This document shows positions 40,738 to 50,864 of a DNA stretch of 64,000 nt, piece by piece. The position numbers were made by a program, and so were the translations under genes. Origin of the DNA: Clostridia bacterium (GTDB lineage: Bacteria > Bacillota > Clostridia > Christensenellales > Borkfalkiaceae); contig JAFQEA010000016.1 in assembly GCA_017399185.1 (NCBI GenBank), forward strand, positions 21,264-85,263. Direction: 5' to 3'. Numbering within the stretch: the first letter of the stretch is position 1; the number at the start of each line of letters is the position of its first letter. The notes beneath the pieces were generated by a model that was not told the DNA's origin, did not search any database, and worked only from the letters and a program-made list of their open reading frames with translations.

Positions 40738-42135
40738 TTAACTTTTCATTTTAGTAAGGTCGTTAATCCAAAGCTTACGGCTGATAAGGATAAAGCCGAT
40801 TACGCCCTTTATAAATACAAGCCCCCAAACAACCGCATAAATAAGTGGGGCGGAAAGGTTTGTAAAGGTTACAAGTATAAGTGCAACCGGTACGCTTAAG
40901 GCAATTTCATAAACGCTGTCAAAAAGCATTGTTATAAAGGTTTTGCCGCCTGCGCGCAGGGTAAAGTATGCACAGTTTACAAAAGCGTTTACAGGCATAA
41001 AGCATGAAAAGATAAAAATATATGTTGCAGCGATTTCCTTTACGTGTTCGGTTGTGTTATAAAAGCGTGGGAACAATGAGCTTGTTGCAATCAGAATAAT
41101 GCCCATTATAACTGAAGAAATAACCGAAATAACAGTAAGGCGTGTGTTTGCAACGACGGCTTCGTCAGTTTTTCCCGAACCAAGATAGTTACCAACGATA
41201 ATAGACACCGTTGAGCCCATTGCCAGAATTACCACCGAGAACAGATTGTTTATCGTTGACGCAATGTTGTACGCTGCAACGATTTCAAGCCCGCGGCGTG
41301 AATATATTTGTGCTAAAAGTGCGATGCTTATTGACCAAAGCGTTTCGTTAAAGAGTATCGGCAAGCCCTTTTTGGTGATGTTCTTAAACAGACCTAAAGG
41401 TAGTTTAATCGACTTATAGAGCCATTTAAAGGCAGGATATTTATCACGCTTAACGTGTGAATAAATAATTAAAACAAGCATTTCGGCAAACCTTGCAGTT
41501 ACCGTTGCGATTGCTGCACCCTTAACGCCGAGTGCAGGAAGCCCAAGCTTACCAAAGATAAGGATATAGTTACCAAAAAAGTTGCACAAAAAGGCAACGA
41601 TTGAAGCAATCATCGGTATTTTGGTCTGATTGGTTTCCCTTAACGTGCCTGCGTACACCTGCGAAATCGCAAAAAACGGCATCTGAATCATTATAAGCTT
41701 TAGATACTGCATTGCATAATCGTGTGTAAGCACGGGGTCGCTTTGCCCGTCACCCGTCGTAATATAGTAAGAAACAAGCGTTTCGCCAAGCAGCAAAAAA
41801 ATAACTGCGAATAAAATAACCACCACGGCCGATATAATAATCTTATAGCGGACGGTGTAACGCATGTTTTCTTCGTCACCGCTGCCAAAATATTGGGCGG
41901 TGAATATACCCGCACCCGCGATACCGCCAAAAATGCATAGGTTGAAAACAAACATAAGCTGGTTTACGATTGCAACACCGCTCATTTGCTCTGTGCCAAC
42001 CTGGCCGATCATAATGTTGTCCAAAAGGTTAACGAAGTTTGTGATACCGTTTTGGATAACGATGGGGAGTGCAATGCTTAATACAAGCCTGTTAAAGCGT
42101 TTATCCCCAAAAAGATTTTTCAAAGTGAGTTTCAT
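40738..42135 (-). CDS. MATE family efflux transporter
   Basis: 465 aa with 12 TM segments. N-terminal …LSIALPIVIQNGITNFVNLLDNIMIGQVG is MATE-like. Confidence 0.8.
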   Translation of the reverse strand: MKLTLKNLFGDKRFNRLVLSIALPIVIQNGITNFVNLLDNIMIGQVGTEQMSGVAIVNQLMFVFNLCIFGGIAGAGIFTAQYFGSGDEENMRYTVRYKIIISAVVVILFAVIFLLLGETLVSYYITTGDGQSDPVLTHDYAMQYLKLIMIQMPFFAISQVYAGTLRETNQTKIPMIASIVAFLCNFFGNYILIFGKLGLPALGVKGAAIATVTARFAEMLVLIIYSHVKRDKYPAFKWLYKSIKLPLGLFKNITKKGLPILFNETLWSISIALLAQIYSRRGLEIVAAYNIASTINNLFSVVILAMGSTVSIIVGNYLGSGKTDEAVVANTRLTVISVISSVIMGIILIATSSLFPRFYNTTEHVKEIAATYIFIFSCFMPVNAFVNCAYFTLRAGGKTFITMLFDSVYEIALSVPVALILVTFTNLSAPLIYAVVWGLVFIKGVIGFILISRKLWINDLTKMKS

Positions 42136-42509
42136 ATATAGTTCCTAAAAAAATTGATTCCCATTAAGCGTCTTAACGCGCCAAACAATAATAACACAAA
42201 AAAATGTGAATATCAACCGTTTATGACACGTTCTTTAAATTAAAAAGTTTTACTTTTTAAAGTATTTTTTTGTGTGCTTTACGTCTTTGGAGTGAATTAA
42301 TTGGCTTTTATTAAAGTATCGAATATTAAAAACGGGCGATAATCGACCTATAGCCCCATTTTTATTAAAATTTGGTGTGATTTACGATAAAAAACGAGCA
42401 AAGGCCCGTCTTGCCACAACAAATCTTTTAAATGCTTGACAAACTGGTTATCTATGATATAATTTAAACAAAAAAGCGCTTTATTTTTTAGCGCGTTTTT
42501 AAGGAAGTT

Positions 42510-43361
42510 ATGAAAAAACCCATCATTGCTATTATGTACGACTTTGATAAGACGCTATGCACGCGCGACATGCAGGAATACACCTTTATCCCAAGCGTAG
42601 GGATGGAGCCGCATGAGTTCTGGGATTACACCGGAAGCGTTGCGTCTCAAGAAAAAATGGATAATATCCTTACCTATATGTACTGCATGATTGACAAGGC
42701 AAATCAAGCCGGTACGCCATTAAAGCGCGAATCACTTGTTGCTTGCGGCAAGGATATTGAATACCACCCGGGCGTTGAAGGCTGGTTTGAGCGTATCAAC
42801 GAATACGGCAAGGAAGCTGGCGTCAGGATTGAGCATTACGTGCTATCTTCGGGGTTAAAGGAAATTATCGAAGGAACAACTATTGCCAAATACTTTAAAC
42901 GCATTTACGCTTGCGAGTTTTTGTATCGTGACGATAAGGCAATCTGGCCAAAAACGGCAGTTAACTACACCAACAAAACCCAGTTTGTTTATCGCATAAA
43001 CAAGGGGGTTTTAGACGTCAATAACGACGTTGACTTAAATAACTCCACACCCGATTCCACGCGCCGCGTGCTGTTTAACAATATGATTTATATTGGCGAC
43101 GGACTAACTGACGTGCCGTGCATGAAGCTCGTTAAACAAGGCGGCGGGCACTCTATCGCCATTTATCACAAGGGTCAGCAGGAAAAGGCAGAGCCACTTT
43201 TACGCCGTGAAAGGGTTGACTGGATGTTTGAAGCCGATTATCGCAAGGGCAGCGGTCTTGACAAGGTAATGAAGCTTTTAATCGAAAATTTAGCTTACTA
43301 TAACAAGCTTAAAGGCATCCACATAAGACAGAAAAAACAAATTTTGGACGACCTTGATTAA
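42510..43361 (+). CDS. HAD-superfamily hydrolase
   Basis: Motif I DFDKTL and motif IV IGDGLTD. Confidence 0.45.
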   Translation: MKKPIIAIMYDFDKTLCTRDMQEYTFIPSVGMEPHEFWDYTGSVASQEKMDNILTYMYCMIDKANQAGTPLKRESLVACGKDIEYHPGVEGWFERINEYGKEAGVRIEHYVLSSGLKEIIEGTTIAKYFKRIYACEFLYRDDKAIWPKTAVNYTNKTQFVYRINKGVLDVNNDVDLNNSTPDSTRRVLFNNMIYIGDGLTDVPCMKLVKQGGGHSIAIYHKGQQEKAEPLLRRERVDWMFEADYRKGSGLDKVMKLLIENLAYYNKLKGIHIRQKKQILDDLD

Positions 43362-43484
43362 TTTTATAAAGGTAAAAAGCCAACGTTAATCCGTTGGCTT
43401 TTTTGTTTTGTTAAGATTATCGTCAATGCTTAAAAAGTCGGGCTATAAGTCGATTATTCAACAATTTTTGCCATTAAGCGTGCG

Positions 43485-44342
43485 TTAATCAAATTTATTT
43501 GCAAAGGTACAAGCCTTGCAAAGCGGTTCTACAGCACGTCTTGATTTAAAGCCGTTAAGTATTCGTTTTGCGCGCTCGCATTCTAAAATTTGACTTATTG
43601 GGGATATAAAGGCATTACCTAATGCAAGCTTGCCTTGATTATCCAAGCAGCACGCAACCACCGTTCCGTCGGCAAGTATGCCAAAATGGGTTGAAAGCGC
43701 GTGGCAATATTTTGTATGGGTTTGCGTTGCGGTATCTGTTTCATCCGGCCAGGAAAACACGTTATCTGGGCAAAAATAAATAGCGTCGGTTAAAAACTGA
43801 TTGGTTTTGCCGTCCCAAGCAATTTTTGTGTTAAAAAATTTGCACGCAGCATCGATTATATATTGATTTAAAGCGTTCTTTGCGCGGGCGTTTTCACTTT
43901 GGTTCCAAAGCCTTAATTCAACAAAAGTGTGCTCTGTTTTTGTTATTTCCTTGGCACACTCAAAAATTGTTGATAAATATTCATCAAGGCTGACGTTTAG
44001 TGCGTTTGCTTCAAAGCTGTGCAGACTTACGGAAATCCTTTTTATCATACCGCTTTTCAAGGTTTCAAGGTGATTTTTGATAAGCGTTGCGTTTGTTGTA
44101 AGATAAATCTGAAGTCCACGCTCGGTCGCGGCTTTACAAATCCCGTCAAATTCGGGGTGTAAAAGCGGCTCGCCCATAAGATGCAGGCTTACCGCGCGCG
44201 CGATAGGCGCAAGCTCATTTGCGATTTTTTCAAACTCGTTTTTTATCATAAAACGCGGCGGGCGGTCGTGTTTTGGGCAGAACGTACACGACAAATTGCA
44301 TACGTTTGTTATTTCCACAAATACCTGTCTGAACTTTTTCAT
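43485..44342 (-). CDS. radical SAM (SPASM-like) protein
   Basis: CNLSCTFCP (CxxxCxxC) with a C-terminal Cys cluster (…VVACCLDNQ…CKACTFANK). ATG at 44342; an alternative TTG start is at 44381. Confidence 0.55.
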   Translation of the reverse strand: MKKFRQVFVEITNVCNLSCTFCPKHDRPPRFMIKNEFEKIANELAPIARAVSLHLMGEPLLHPEFDGICKAATERGLQIYLTTNATLIKNHLETLKSGMIKRISVSLHSFEANALNVSLDEYLSTIFECAKEITKTEHTFVELRLWNQSENARAKNALNQYIIDAACKFFNTKIAWDGKTNQFLTDAIYFCPDNVFSWPDETDTATQTHTKYCHALSTHFGILADGTVVACCLDNQGKLALGNAFISPISQILECERAKRILNGFKSRRAVEPLCKACTFANKFD

Positions 44343-44539
44343 ACCGTAACCACAACTTGTTTTTTTTACATTATACTCCAAAACCCACCAAAAATCAAGC
44401 GGTTTTGCTGATTTTATGCAATTTGCGATAAATTGATATGTCGATTTTATGCAAAAAGAGCAAAATTGATATGTCGATTTTATGTATAAAGCATTGACAA
44501 AGGTAAAAAAAAGCGGTAAAATAGTATCGAGGTGGTAAG

Positions 44540-45868
44540 ATGCTTAAAAGAAAAGTATATGATGAATTGTTAAAGTGGAAAAAGGAGCGTAAATCTGGTT
44601 TAAAGAAATGCTTAATGATAAAGGGCGCTAGACAGGTTGGTAAATCTTACATTGTTAAGGCGTTTGGGGAAGCCGAGTATAAAAGCTACATACCCATAGA
44701 CTTTCACAAGCAACCTAAAATGAAAGAAATATTCACAGGTGAATTGACCCCGGATGAAATTTACAAAAGGATGACGGCGTATATCCCCAATATCCAGTTA
44801 ATTGCAGGGGATACGTTAATATTTTTAGATGAAATCCAGTATTGTGCAAACGCAAGAACTGCAATTAAGTTTTTAGCTGAAGATATGAGATACGACGTTA
44901 TTTCTTCAGGCTCTTTACTGGGGCTATCATACAGCGATGACGACGATGGATTAGTGGAAGCCCCGGCTTCGATTCCTGTTGGGTACGAAAGGCAAATTAC
45001 GATGTATTCTTTGGATTTTGAAGAGTTTCTGTGGGCTTACGGATACGGGGCAGAGGCAATAGACTATTTGAAAGAGTATTTTGAATCAGACAAGCAGATA
45101 CCTGAAAGCATTCACGATAAATACGAGTCGCTATTTAGAGAATACATGGTTGTTGGTGGTATGCCGGAAGTTGTTGCGGATTTTGCTAAACATAAAGATT
45201 TTAATAGAGTTGCCAATATACAGGCTGATATTTTGGCAGAATATCAAGATGATATTTCAAAGCATGCAAAGGGAAGGGAAAAGCAATACGTAAGGATGTG
45301 CTATGACGCAGTTCCAAAGCAATTAGCTAAAGAGATTAAAAAATTCCAGTATTCAACGGTGGAAAAAGGTCAAACAAGAAGGAAATTTGGCGGCAGCATT
45401 AAGTGGTTAAAAGATGCAAATTTAGTTAACACCAGCTATAACGTTCACGAACCTTTCATTCCGCTACTTGCAAACGCAAACGAAGACCAATTTAAGCTTT
45501 ACATCAACGATACGGGGCTTTTGACGTGTGTATATGGCTTTGATACAAAGCTTGCCATATTGAACAATACGATTAAAGGCAACGCAAAGGGCGGTATTTA
45601 TGAAAACGTTATAGCCGAATGCTTGGTTAAAAAAGGATACACGCTATATTATTACAAGCCTGATGACACGCACGAATTAGAGTTTGTCGTGGAAAAAAAT
45701 GCAGAAGTGATTCCTGTGGAAGTAAAAGCAGGCAACACCGCGTCGGTTTCGTTAAATTCGTTTATTGATAAGTTTAGTCCGTCCGTTGCATATAAATTAA
45801 TAGGCGGGCGCAACGGTAAGGTAGGCGTAAAGATAACCTTGCCGCATTATATGGTTATGTTTTTGTGA
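44540..45868 (+). CDS. AAA-family ATPase (DUF4143-type)
   Basis: Walker A GARQVGKS and Walker B LIFLDEIQ. The length and C-terminal DUF4143-like region are consistent. Confidence 0.6.
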   Translation: MLKRKVYDELLKWKKERKSGLKKCLMIKGARQVGKSYIVKAFGEAEYKSYIPIDFHKQPKMKEIFTGELTPDEIYKRMTAYIPNIQLIAGDTLIFLDEIQYCANARTAIKFLAEDMRYDVISSGSLLGLSYSDDDDGLVEAPASIPVGYERQITMYSLDFEEFLWAYGYGAEAIDYLKEYFESDKQIPESIHDKYESLFREYMVVGGMPEVVADFAKHKDFNRVANIQADILAEYQDDISKHAKGREKQYVRMCYDAVPKQLAKEIKKFQYSTVEKGQTRRKFGGSIKWLKDANLVNTSYNVHEPFIPLLANANEDQFKLYINDTGLLTCVYGFDTKLAILNNTIKGNAKGGIYENVIAECLVKKGYTLYYYKPDDTHELEFVVEKNAEVIPVEVKAGNTASVSLNSFIDKFSPSVAYKLIGGRNGKVGVKITLPHYMVMFL

Positions 45869-46149
45869 AAGTAAAAGGTCTGATTGAAAATTCAGACCTT
45901 TTTATATTTAGTTATTTTTTCATTGCTTGGATAATCGTATTATTTCCAGATTGGCTTGTTATTTTTTGGCTACGTATTAACCAAAAATCAAGCGGCGGCA
46001 AACGGCTGCGGCTAAATTATTTCATAACAAATTGTGCATAAAATCAGTAAATTGCGGACGTGTATTCAAAATTACTGTATATTTTCTTGACAAAATTCAG
46101 GGCATTATTGTACAATCAAACCCTATTATATTAACAAGGGGATACTCTA

Positions 46150-47157
46150 ATGAAAAAGTTAATTTTGCTTGCTTTGGCGGCTGTTTTTGCGCTTTTTGCA
46201 AGCGTTATTTGCTTGCCCGAAAGGGTTTTAGCAACAGATAACGGCACGAACGCGCAAAAGCTTATGAATAGCTATTACAACGCAGGCAAGTATTCAAAGC
46301 ACACGGAAATTTTCTATATCGGCGCGGCGGGCGGAAGCTATGATTCAAGCTGCTTCCACGCAGGCGTAGGCAATCTTATCAGGGATACCGAATACGTGCC
46401 TGGCAATTTATATATGACCAATTCGGAAGCAACTATCAACTCCGGCTATAAGGACGTTGACGGCGGTATGGCGCATTACAAGAAGGTCGGCGGCGCAGAA
46501 GTTATTGACTACACCGTCAAAAACACCACGGTTGAAGATTATTATTACACGCTTTTTGACCTTAAGGACGTTAGCGGCTGGGTTTTAGACGGTGAAAAAT
46601 ATGTGCTAACCCTTACGGCTGAAACCGCAACGCCTTGGGTGCATTTTATCGCGCCGCTTTGGATAAGCAATCACGTTTCTATTAATAAGGTCGGTTTGTA
46701 CGAGCAGGTTGGTAAGCTTGTTTTAGAGCTTTACGGCACGATTTTGGGCGTGGTCGAAAGCGATACCTTGTTCGCTAAAGCAACAATATCTTACACCCCG
46801 GACATTGTTGAACAAAATTTCACAGACTCAAGCCAATTAACGGGCGACGGGTTCTTTACTTGGAACGGCGTTATTGAAACTAACAGGGTTTTACCTAGTG
46901 GTGCAACGGGCTATTTAATTTTAAATTCAAAGGCGAATCACGAGTTAAGCTTTGAAGCTGTTGCAGGTGCTTCGGTAAAAATTATTTATTTTGGTAGTGG
47001 TGACGGCGCGGAAATAAATATTGAAGGATTATCGTACACGGTATCTGCAATTGGTGATGAAATAGTGCATATTGTACAAGCGTCAGGTGTAGTAACGATT
47101 AAGGCTGTTGGAAAAGTTGTTTATATCGACCATATTAGCTATACACTTATTTCATAG
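46150..47157 (+). CDS. secreted protein, paralog of the N-terminal domain of the 21682 ORF
   Basis: Signal peptide. NSGYKDVDGGMAHY, WVHFIAPLWISN and LFAKATISYTP match the 21682 protein. Confidence 0.5.
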   Translation: MKKLILLALAAVFALFASVICLPERVLATDNGTNAQKLMNSYYNAGKYSKHTEIFYIGAAGGSYDSSCFHAGVGNLIRDTEYVPGNLYMTNSEATINSGYKDVDGGMAHYKKVGGAEVIDYTVKNTTVEDYYYTLFDLKDVSGWVLDGEKYVLTLTAETATPWVHFIAPLWISNHVSINKVGLYEQVGKLVLELYGTILGVVESDTLFAKATISYTPDIVEQNFTDSSQLTGDGFFTWNGVIETNRVLPSGATGYLILNSKANHELSFEAVAGASVKIIYFGSGDGAEINIEGLSYTVSAIGDEIVHIVQASGVVTIKAVGKVVYIDHISYTLIS

Positions 47158-47327
47158 CCTAATAAAATTTACAAAACACAGTCAAATCGCCCGTTTAAGC
47201 AATGTTTTAAGACTGAACGATTAAATTTACGTCGGCGGCGGTTTTGCCGGATAAAATTCAAATTAAAGCCTTTAAAAGTCCAATCAAACGGGTTTTTTGC
47301 CGTTGATAAATTAAAAGGTGGTGCGCA

Positions 47328-48080
47328 ATGAATCTTTTGAAAAAGCTATACGATAAAAGCCAAATCTGGTTTGCCGTTTTGTGGATAGTTGCATACTGCG
47401 TGCTTATGTCCTTGGGGGATGCTTTTTCAGCGCGGCTCGGCATCGAAAAATCTATTACGCTTGCCGTGGGAGCCCTTCTATCTGTGGAGCTGTTGCTGTT
47501 TTTAAAAAAAGCCGGGCTTTTTGCAGCTTACGGGCTTTGCGCGCCAAGGGCTAAAGCAAGGGGTATGCTGTATTACGCACCGATTCTTTTGATGATCAGT
47601 GCAAATTTGTGGTATGGCGTAAGCTTAAATTACGGCGCGCTTGAAACCGTGTTTTACGTTTTGGCAATGCTTTGCGTCGGTTTTTTAGAAGAATTAATAT
47701 TCCGCGGGCTTTTGTTTGAAGCTATGCGTAAGGATAACGTCAAGGCGGCTGTTATCGTTTCAAGTATTACGTTCGGGATTGGGCATATTATTAACCTTAT
47801 AAACGGCTCTGGGGCGGATTTGCTTTCCAATCTTTTGCAGGTGGTTTACGCTACGGCGGCGGGCTTTATGTTCGTGATGGTGTACTATAAGTCAAAAAGT
47901 CTGCTCGTTTGCATTGCCGCGCACGGGCTGTTCAACGCGTTCAGCGCTTTTTCCGCCCAAGCAAGCCATACTAAAGAAGCCCAAATATTCAGCGCGCTTT
48001 TGCTTACAGCTATAACAGGCGCTTACGCGCTTTATCTTGCGCTGTCAATTAAGAGCCAAAAAGAACAAAACAAAAACTGA
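47328..48080 (+). CDS. CPBP-family intramembrane metalloprotease (CAAX protease/Abi)
   Basis: EELIFRG, FGIGH and AHGLFN motifs. Confidence 0.7.
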   Translation: MNLLKKLYDKSQIWFAVLWIVAYCVLMSLGDAFSARLGIEKSITLAVGALLSVELLLFLKKAGLFAAYGLCAPRAKARGMLYYAPILLMISANLWYGVSLNYGALETVFYVLAMLCVGFLEELIFRGLLFEAMRKDNVKAAVIVSSITFGIGHIINLINGSGADLLSNLLQVVYATAAGFMFVMVYYKSKSLLVCIAAHGLFNAFSAFSAQASHTKEAQIFSALLLTAITGAYALYLALSIKSQKEQNKN

Positions 48081-48368
48081 ATTTAAAGCAAAAAGGCGGG
48101 TTTAATACCCGCCTTTTTTGTCCCTTCACATGGCGTTATTGCCATTTTTTAGTTTTTTGCTGTTGGGCAGTACAGGATTTATTTGGGTTTTTCCTTCGCT
48201 TATTTGTAAAATTAAGCATTGCTGAATTTTTTCTTGGCCTATTGATTTTTATGGCAAACAGTGTTATAATGAAAAAAATTGTTTTTAGTCCGTTGATATA
48301 AAATAACCAGCAAATAAAATTTCAGATACTGTTTATTGAAAATCAACGGGGTTATAAAAGGAGTATCT

Positions 48369-50066
48369 ATGAAGGTCGTTATTATAGGTGGGGTTGCAGG
48401 TGGTGCAACTGCCGCAGCAAGAATAAGAAGATTGGACGAAAAGGCAGAAATTATAATTTTCGAGCGTTCTGGCTACATTTCATACGCAAACTGCGGGTTG
48501 CCCTATTATATCGGCGGTGTTATCGAAGATAAAGGGGATTTGACCTTGCAAACGCCCGAATCCTTTAATCGGCGCTTCAGAATTAACGTTAAGGTTAATC
48601 ACGAGGTAACCGATATCGACGTAAACAAAAAAACCGTTTCCGTAACCGACCTGAAAACGGGTGCAAGCTTTAAGGAAAGCTATGATAAGCTTATTTTATC
48701 CCCCGGGGCAAAGCCTGTTTTACCCGATTTCTACATTGAAAACGAAAGAATTTTCACGCTCAGGACGGTAGAAGATACGCTGAAAATCCGTGCATTTATA
48801 GAGCAAAATCAGCCAAAAACGGCGGTTGTGGTCGGCGGTGGATTTATCGGGCTTGAAATGGCTGAAAACCTTAATGAGCTTGGCATTAAAACGACTATCG
48901 TTCAAAGGGGTAATCATCTCTTGCCTACGGTTGATTGCGATATGGCGTCTTTTATCCACGCAAGCTTCCGTTATCGCGGCGTACAGCTGTTACTTAACGC
49001 CGGAACCGAAAAAATGAGTATTACGGGTGACAAGGTTTTGCTTGATATATCGGGCGGACGGTCGATTAGCGCGGATATGGCTGTGATTGCGGTTGGCGTT
49101 GTTCCGGAAAGCACCCTTGCTAAAAAGGCGGGTTTAGAGCTTGGCGTAAAGGGTGCAATCAAGGTGAACGAAAAAATGCAAACGTCCGTTCCTGATATCT
49201 ATGCGGTGGGGGATGCCGTGCAAGTGAAAAACTTTATCACCGGGCAAGACGCGGTTATTTCGCTGGCAGGGCCTGCAAATAAAGAGGGGCGTATCGCTGC
49301 CGATAATATTTGTGGGATTCACAGCGAATACAAGGGCTCACAAGGCTCGTCTGTCATAAAAATCTTTGATATGACGGTGGCAACGACCGGTATTAACGAA
49401 CGGCAAGCCACGGAAAGAGCTTACGAATACGAAAAGGTTATTTTGACGCAAAATTCGCACGCAGGTTATTACCCGAACGCAACGGCGATGACCTTAAAGC
49501 TGATTTTTGAAAGAAAAAGCTTTAAAATATTAGGCGCGCAAATAGTCGGCTACGATGGTGTGGACAAACGCATTGACGTCATTGCCACTGCAATCCGTGC
49601 AGGGTTAAAGGCTGACGGGCTGAAGGATCTGGATTTGGCGTACGCACCGCCTTATTCTTCTGCAAAGGATCCTGTGAATATGGCAGGCTTCGTTGCTGAA
49701 AATATCAAAAACGGCGTGGTAAAACAGTTCTATTATGAAGATATTCCGTCTTTACGTGAAAGAAAAGACGTTATTTTGCTTGATACCCGCACTCCGTTTG
49801 AATATATGCGTGGGCGTGCAGAAGGCTTTATTAATATTCCGCTTGACGACTTAAGAGAGCGCGTGGTTGAGCTTGATAAATCCAAAAAAATCTACGTGAT
49901 GTGCCAAAGTGGCCTTCGCAGCTACCTGGCAACGCGGATTTTAATGCAAAACGGTTTTGATGCGTATAACTTTGCAGGCGGCTTCAGATTATACAGCATT
50001 ATAAAAAACGAAGAAATGTTATCAAAACAATGCTACTCTTGCGGTATGGAAAAAACAGATAAATAA
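48369..50066 (+). CDS. CoA-disulfide reductase / NADH oxidase-type flavoprotein fused to a C-terminal rhodanese domain
   Basis: FAD-binding VVIIGGVAGGATAA, redox Cys SYANCGLPY, NAD-binding VVGGGFIGLE, and a rhodanese active-site loop CQSGLRS. Confidence 0.7.
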   Translation: MKVVIIGGVAGGATAAARIRRLDEKAEIIIFERSGYISYANCGLPYYIGGVIEDKGDLTLQTPESFNRRFRINVKVNHEVTDIDVNKKTVSVTDLKTGASFKESYDKLILSPGAKPVLPDFYIENERIFTLRTVEDTLKIRAFIEQNQPKTAVVVGGGFIGLEMAENLNELGIKTTIVQRGNHLLPTVDCDMASFIHASFRYRGVQLLLNAGTEKMSITGDKVLLDISGGRSISADMAVIAVGVVPESTLAKKAGLELGVKGAIKVNEKMQTSVPDIYAVGDAVQVKNFITGQDAVISLAGPANKEGRIAADNICGIHSEYKGSQGSSVIKIFDMTVATTGINERQATERAYEYEKVILTQNSHAGYYPNATAMTLKLIFERKSFKILGAQIVGYDGVDKRIDVIATAIRAGLKADGLKDLDLAYAPPYSSAKDPVNMAGFVAENIKNGVVKQFYYEDIPSLRERKDVILLDTRTPFEYMRGRAEGFINIPLDDLRERVVELDKSKKIYVMCQSGLRSYLATRILMQNGFDAYNFAGGFRLYSIIKNEEMLSKQCYSCGMEKTDK

Positions 50067-50088
50067 GAATTATCCAAGGTCATTATTT

Positions 50089-50484
50089 ATGGAAAAGATT
50101 TGGAATGAAATGTATGAAGCAGCAAAAGCTGTATTAAACAAGAGAAGAATTTCCGACTACGTTACCTGCGGAGAAGTATCTGCTGCTGTCTGTTCAAAAT
50201 CAGGAAGAATATATACGGGCGTGTGCATAGATACCTGTTCAACGCTTGGCATTTGTGCTGAAAGAAACGCTATTTTTAATATGATTACCAACGGCGAACA
50301 CGAAATAAGCAAAGTTCTTTGCATTTTGCCCGATGGCTCAAACGGTGCGCCCTGCGGGGCTTGTCGTGAGCTTATGGTTCAGCTTATGGCAGGGAATTAT
50401 TACGACATAGAAATTATGCTTGATTATTCCACGGGTAAAACTATAAAGCTCGGCGAAATTACACCCGAATGGTGGATTAAATAA
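50089..50484 (+). CDS. cdd: cytidine deaminase
   Basis: CAERNAI and PCGACRE zinc-binding motifs. 131 aa. Confidence 0.7.
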   Translation: MEKIWNEMYEAAKAVLNKRRISDYVTCGEVSAAVCSKSGRIYTGVCIDTCSTLGICAERNAIFNMITNGEHEISKVLCILPDGSNGAPCGACRELMVQLMAGNYYDIEIMLDYSTGKTIKLGEITPEWWIK

Positions 50485-50509
50485 ATTCTGATTTAACGGG
50501 GAAATACAA

Positions 50510-50734
50510 ATGAATGAAGAATGCTTGATTTGCAAAGCTCCGCTTGAATATCTCAATGCCGACGAAGAAATGGAATGTGTGCTTTGCCACAAAAAACAAT
50601 ACAGTAAAACAAAATGTGTAAGCGGTCATTTCGTTTGCGATAAATGTCACACAAGTGGAATAGACAACGTCATTGCAATTTGTCTGAACAGCAAATCTGA
50701 TAGGCGTGCGCAAGCGCATCATCGCATTTCTTGA
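50510..50734 (+). CDS. small Cys-rich (4x CxxC-like) hypothetical protein
   Basis: CLICKAP…CVLCHK…CVSGHFVCDKCH. No known family. Confidence 0.3.
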   Translation: MNEECLICKAPLEYLNADEEMECVLCHKKQYSKTKCVSGHFVCDKCHTSGIDNVIAICLNSKSDRRAQAHHRIS

Positions 50735-50735
50735 T

Positions 50736-50846
50736 GAAAGTGGACGAGCTCCTACATACACGGTAATGCTCAATCCCGAGATCATCAAAAAAGACGGCGC
50801 AGATTATTCAGCATGAAGTTGATCATTGCAACGGCGTACTTATCTA
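50736..50846 (+). pseudogene. def: degraded peptide deformylase remnant (def fragment)
   Basis: One frame reads …VMLNPEIIKKDG… (PDF post-motif-I region). A second frame reads IQHEVDHCNGVLI*, which is PDF motif III QHExDHxxG. Motif II EGCLS and the N-terminus are absent. Confidence 0.45.
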
Positions 50847-50864
50847 AAAAACAGGAGAATAAAA

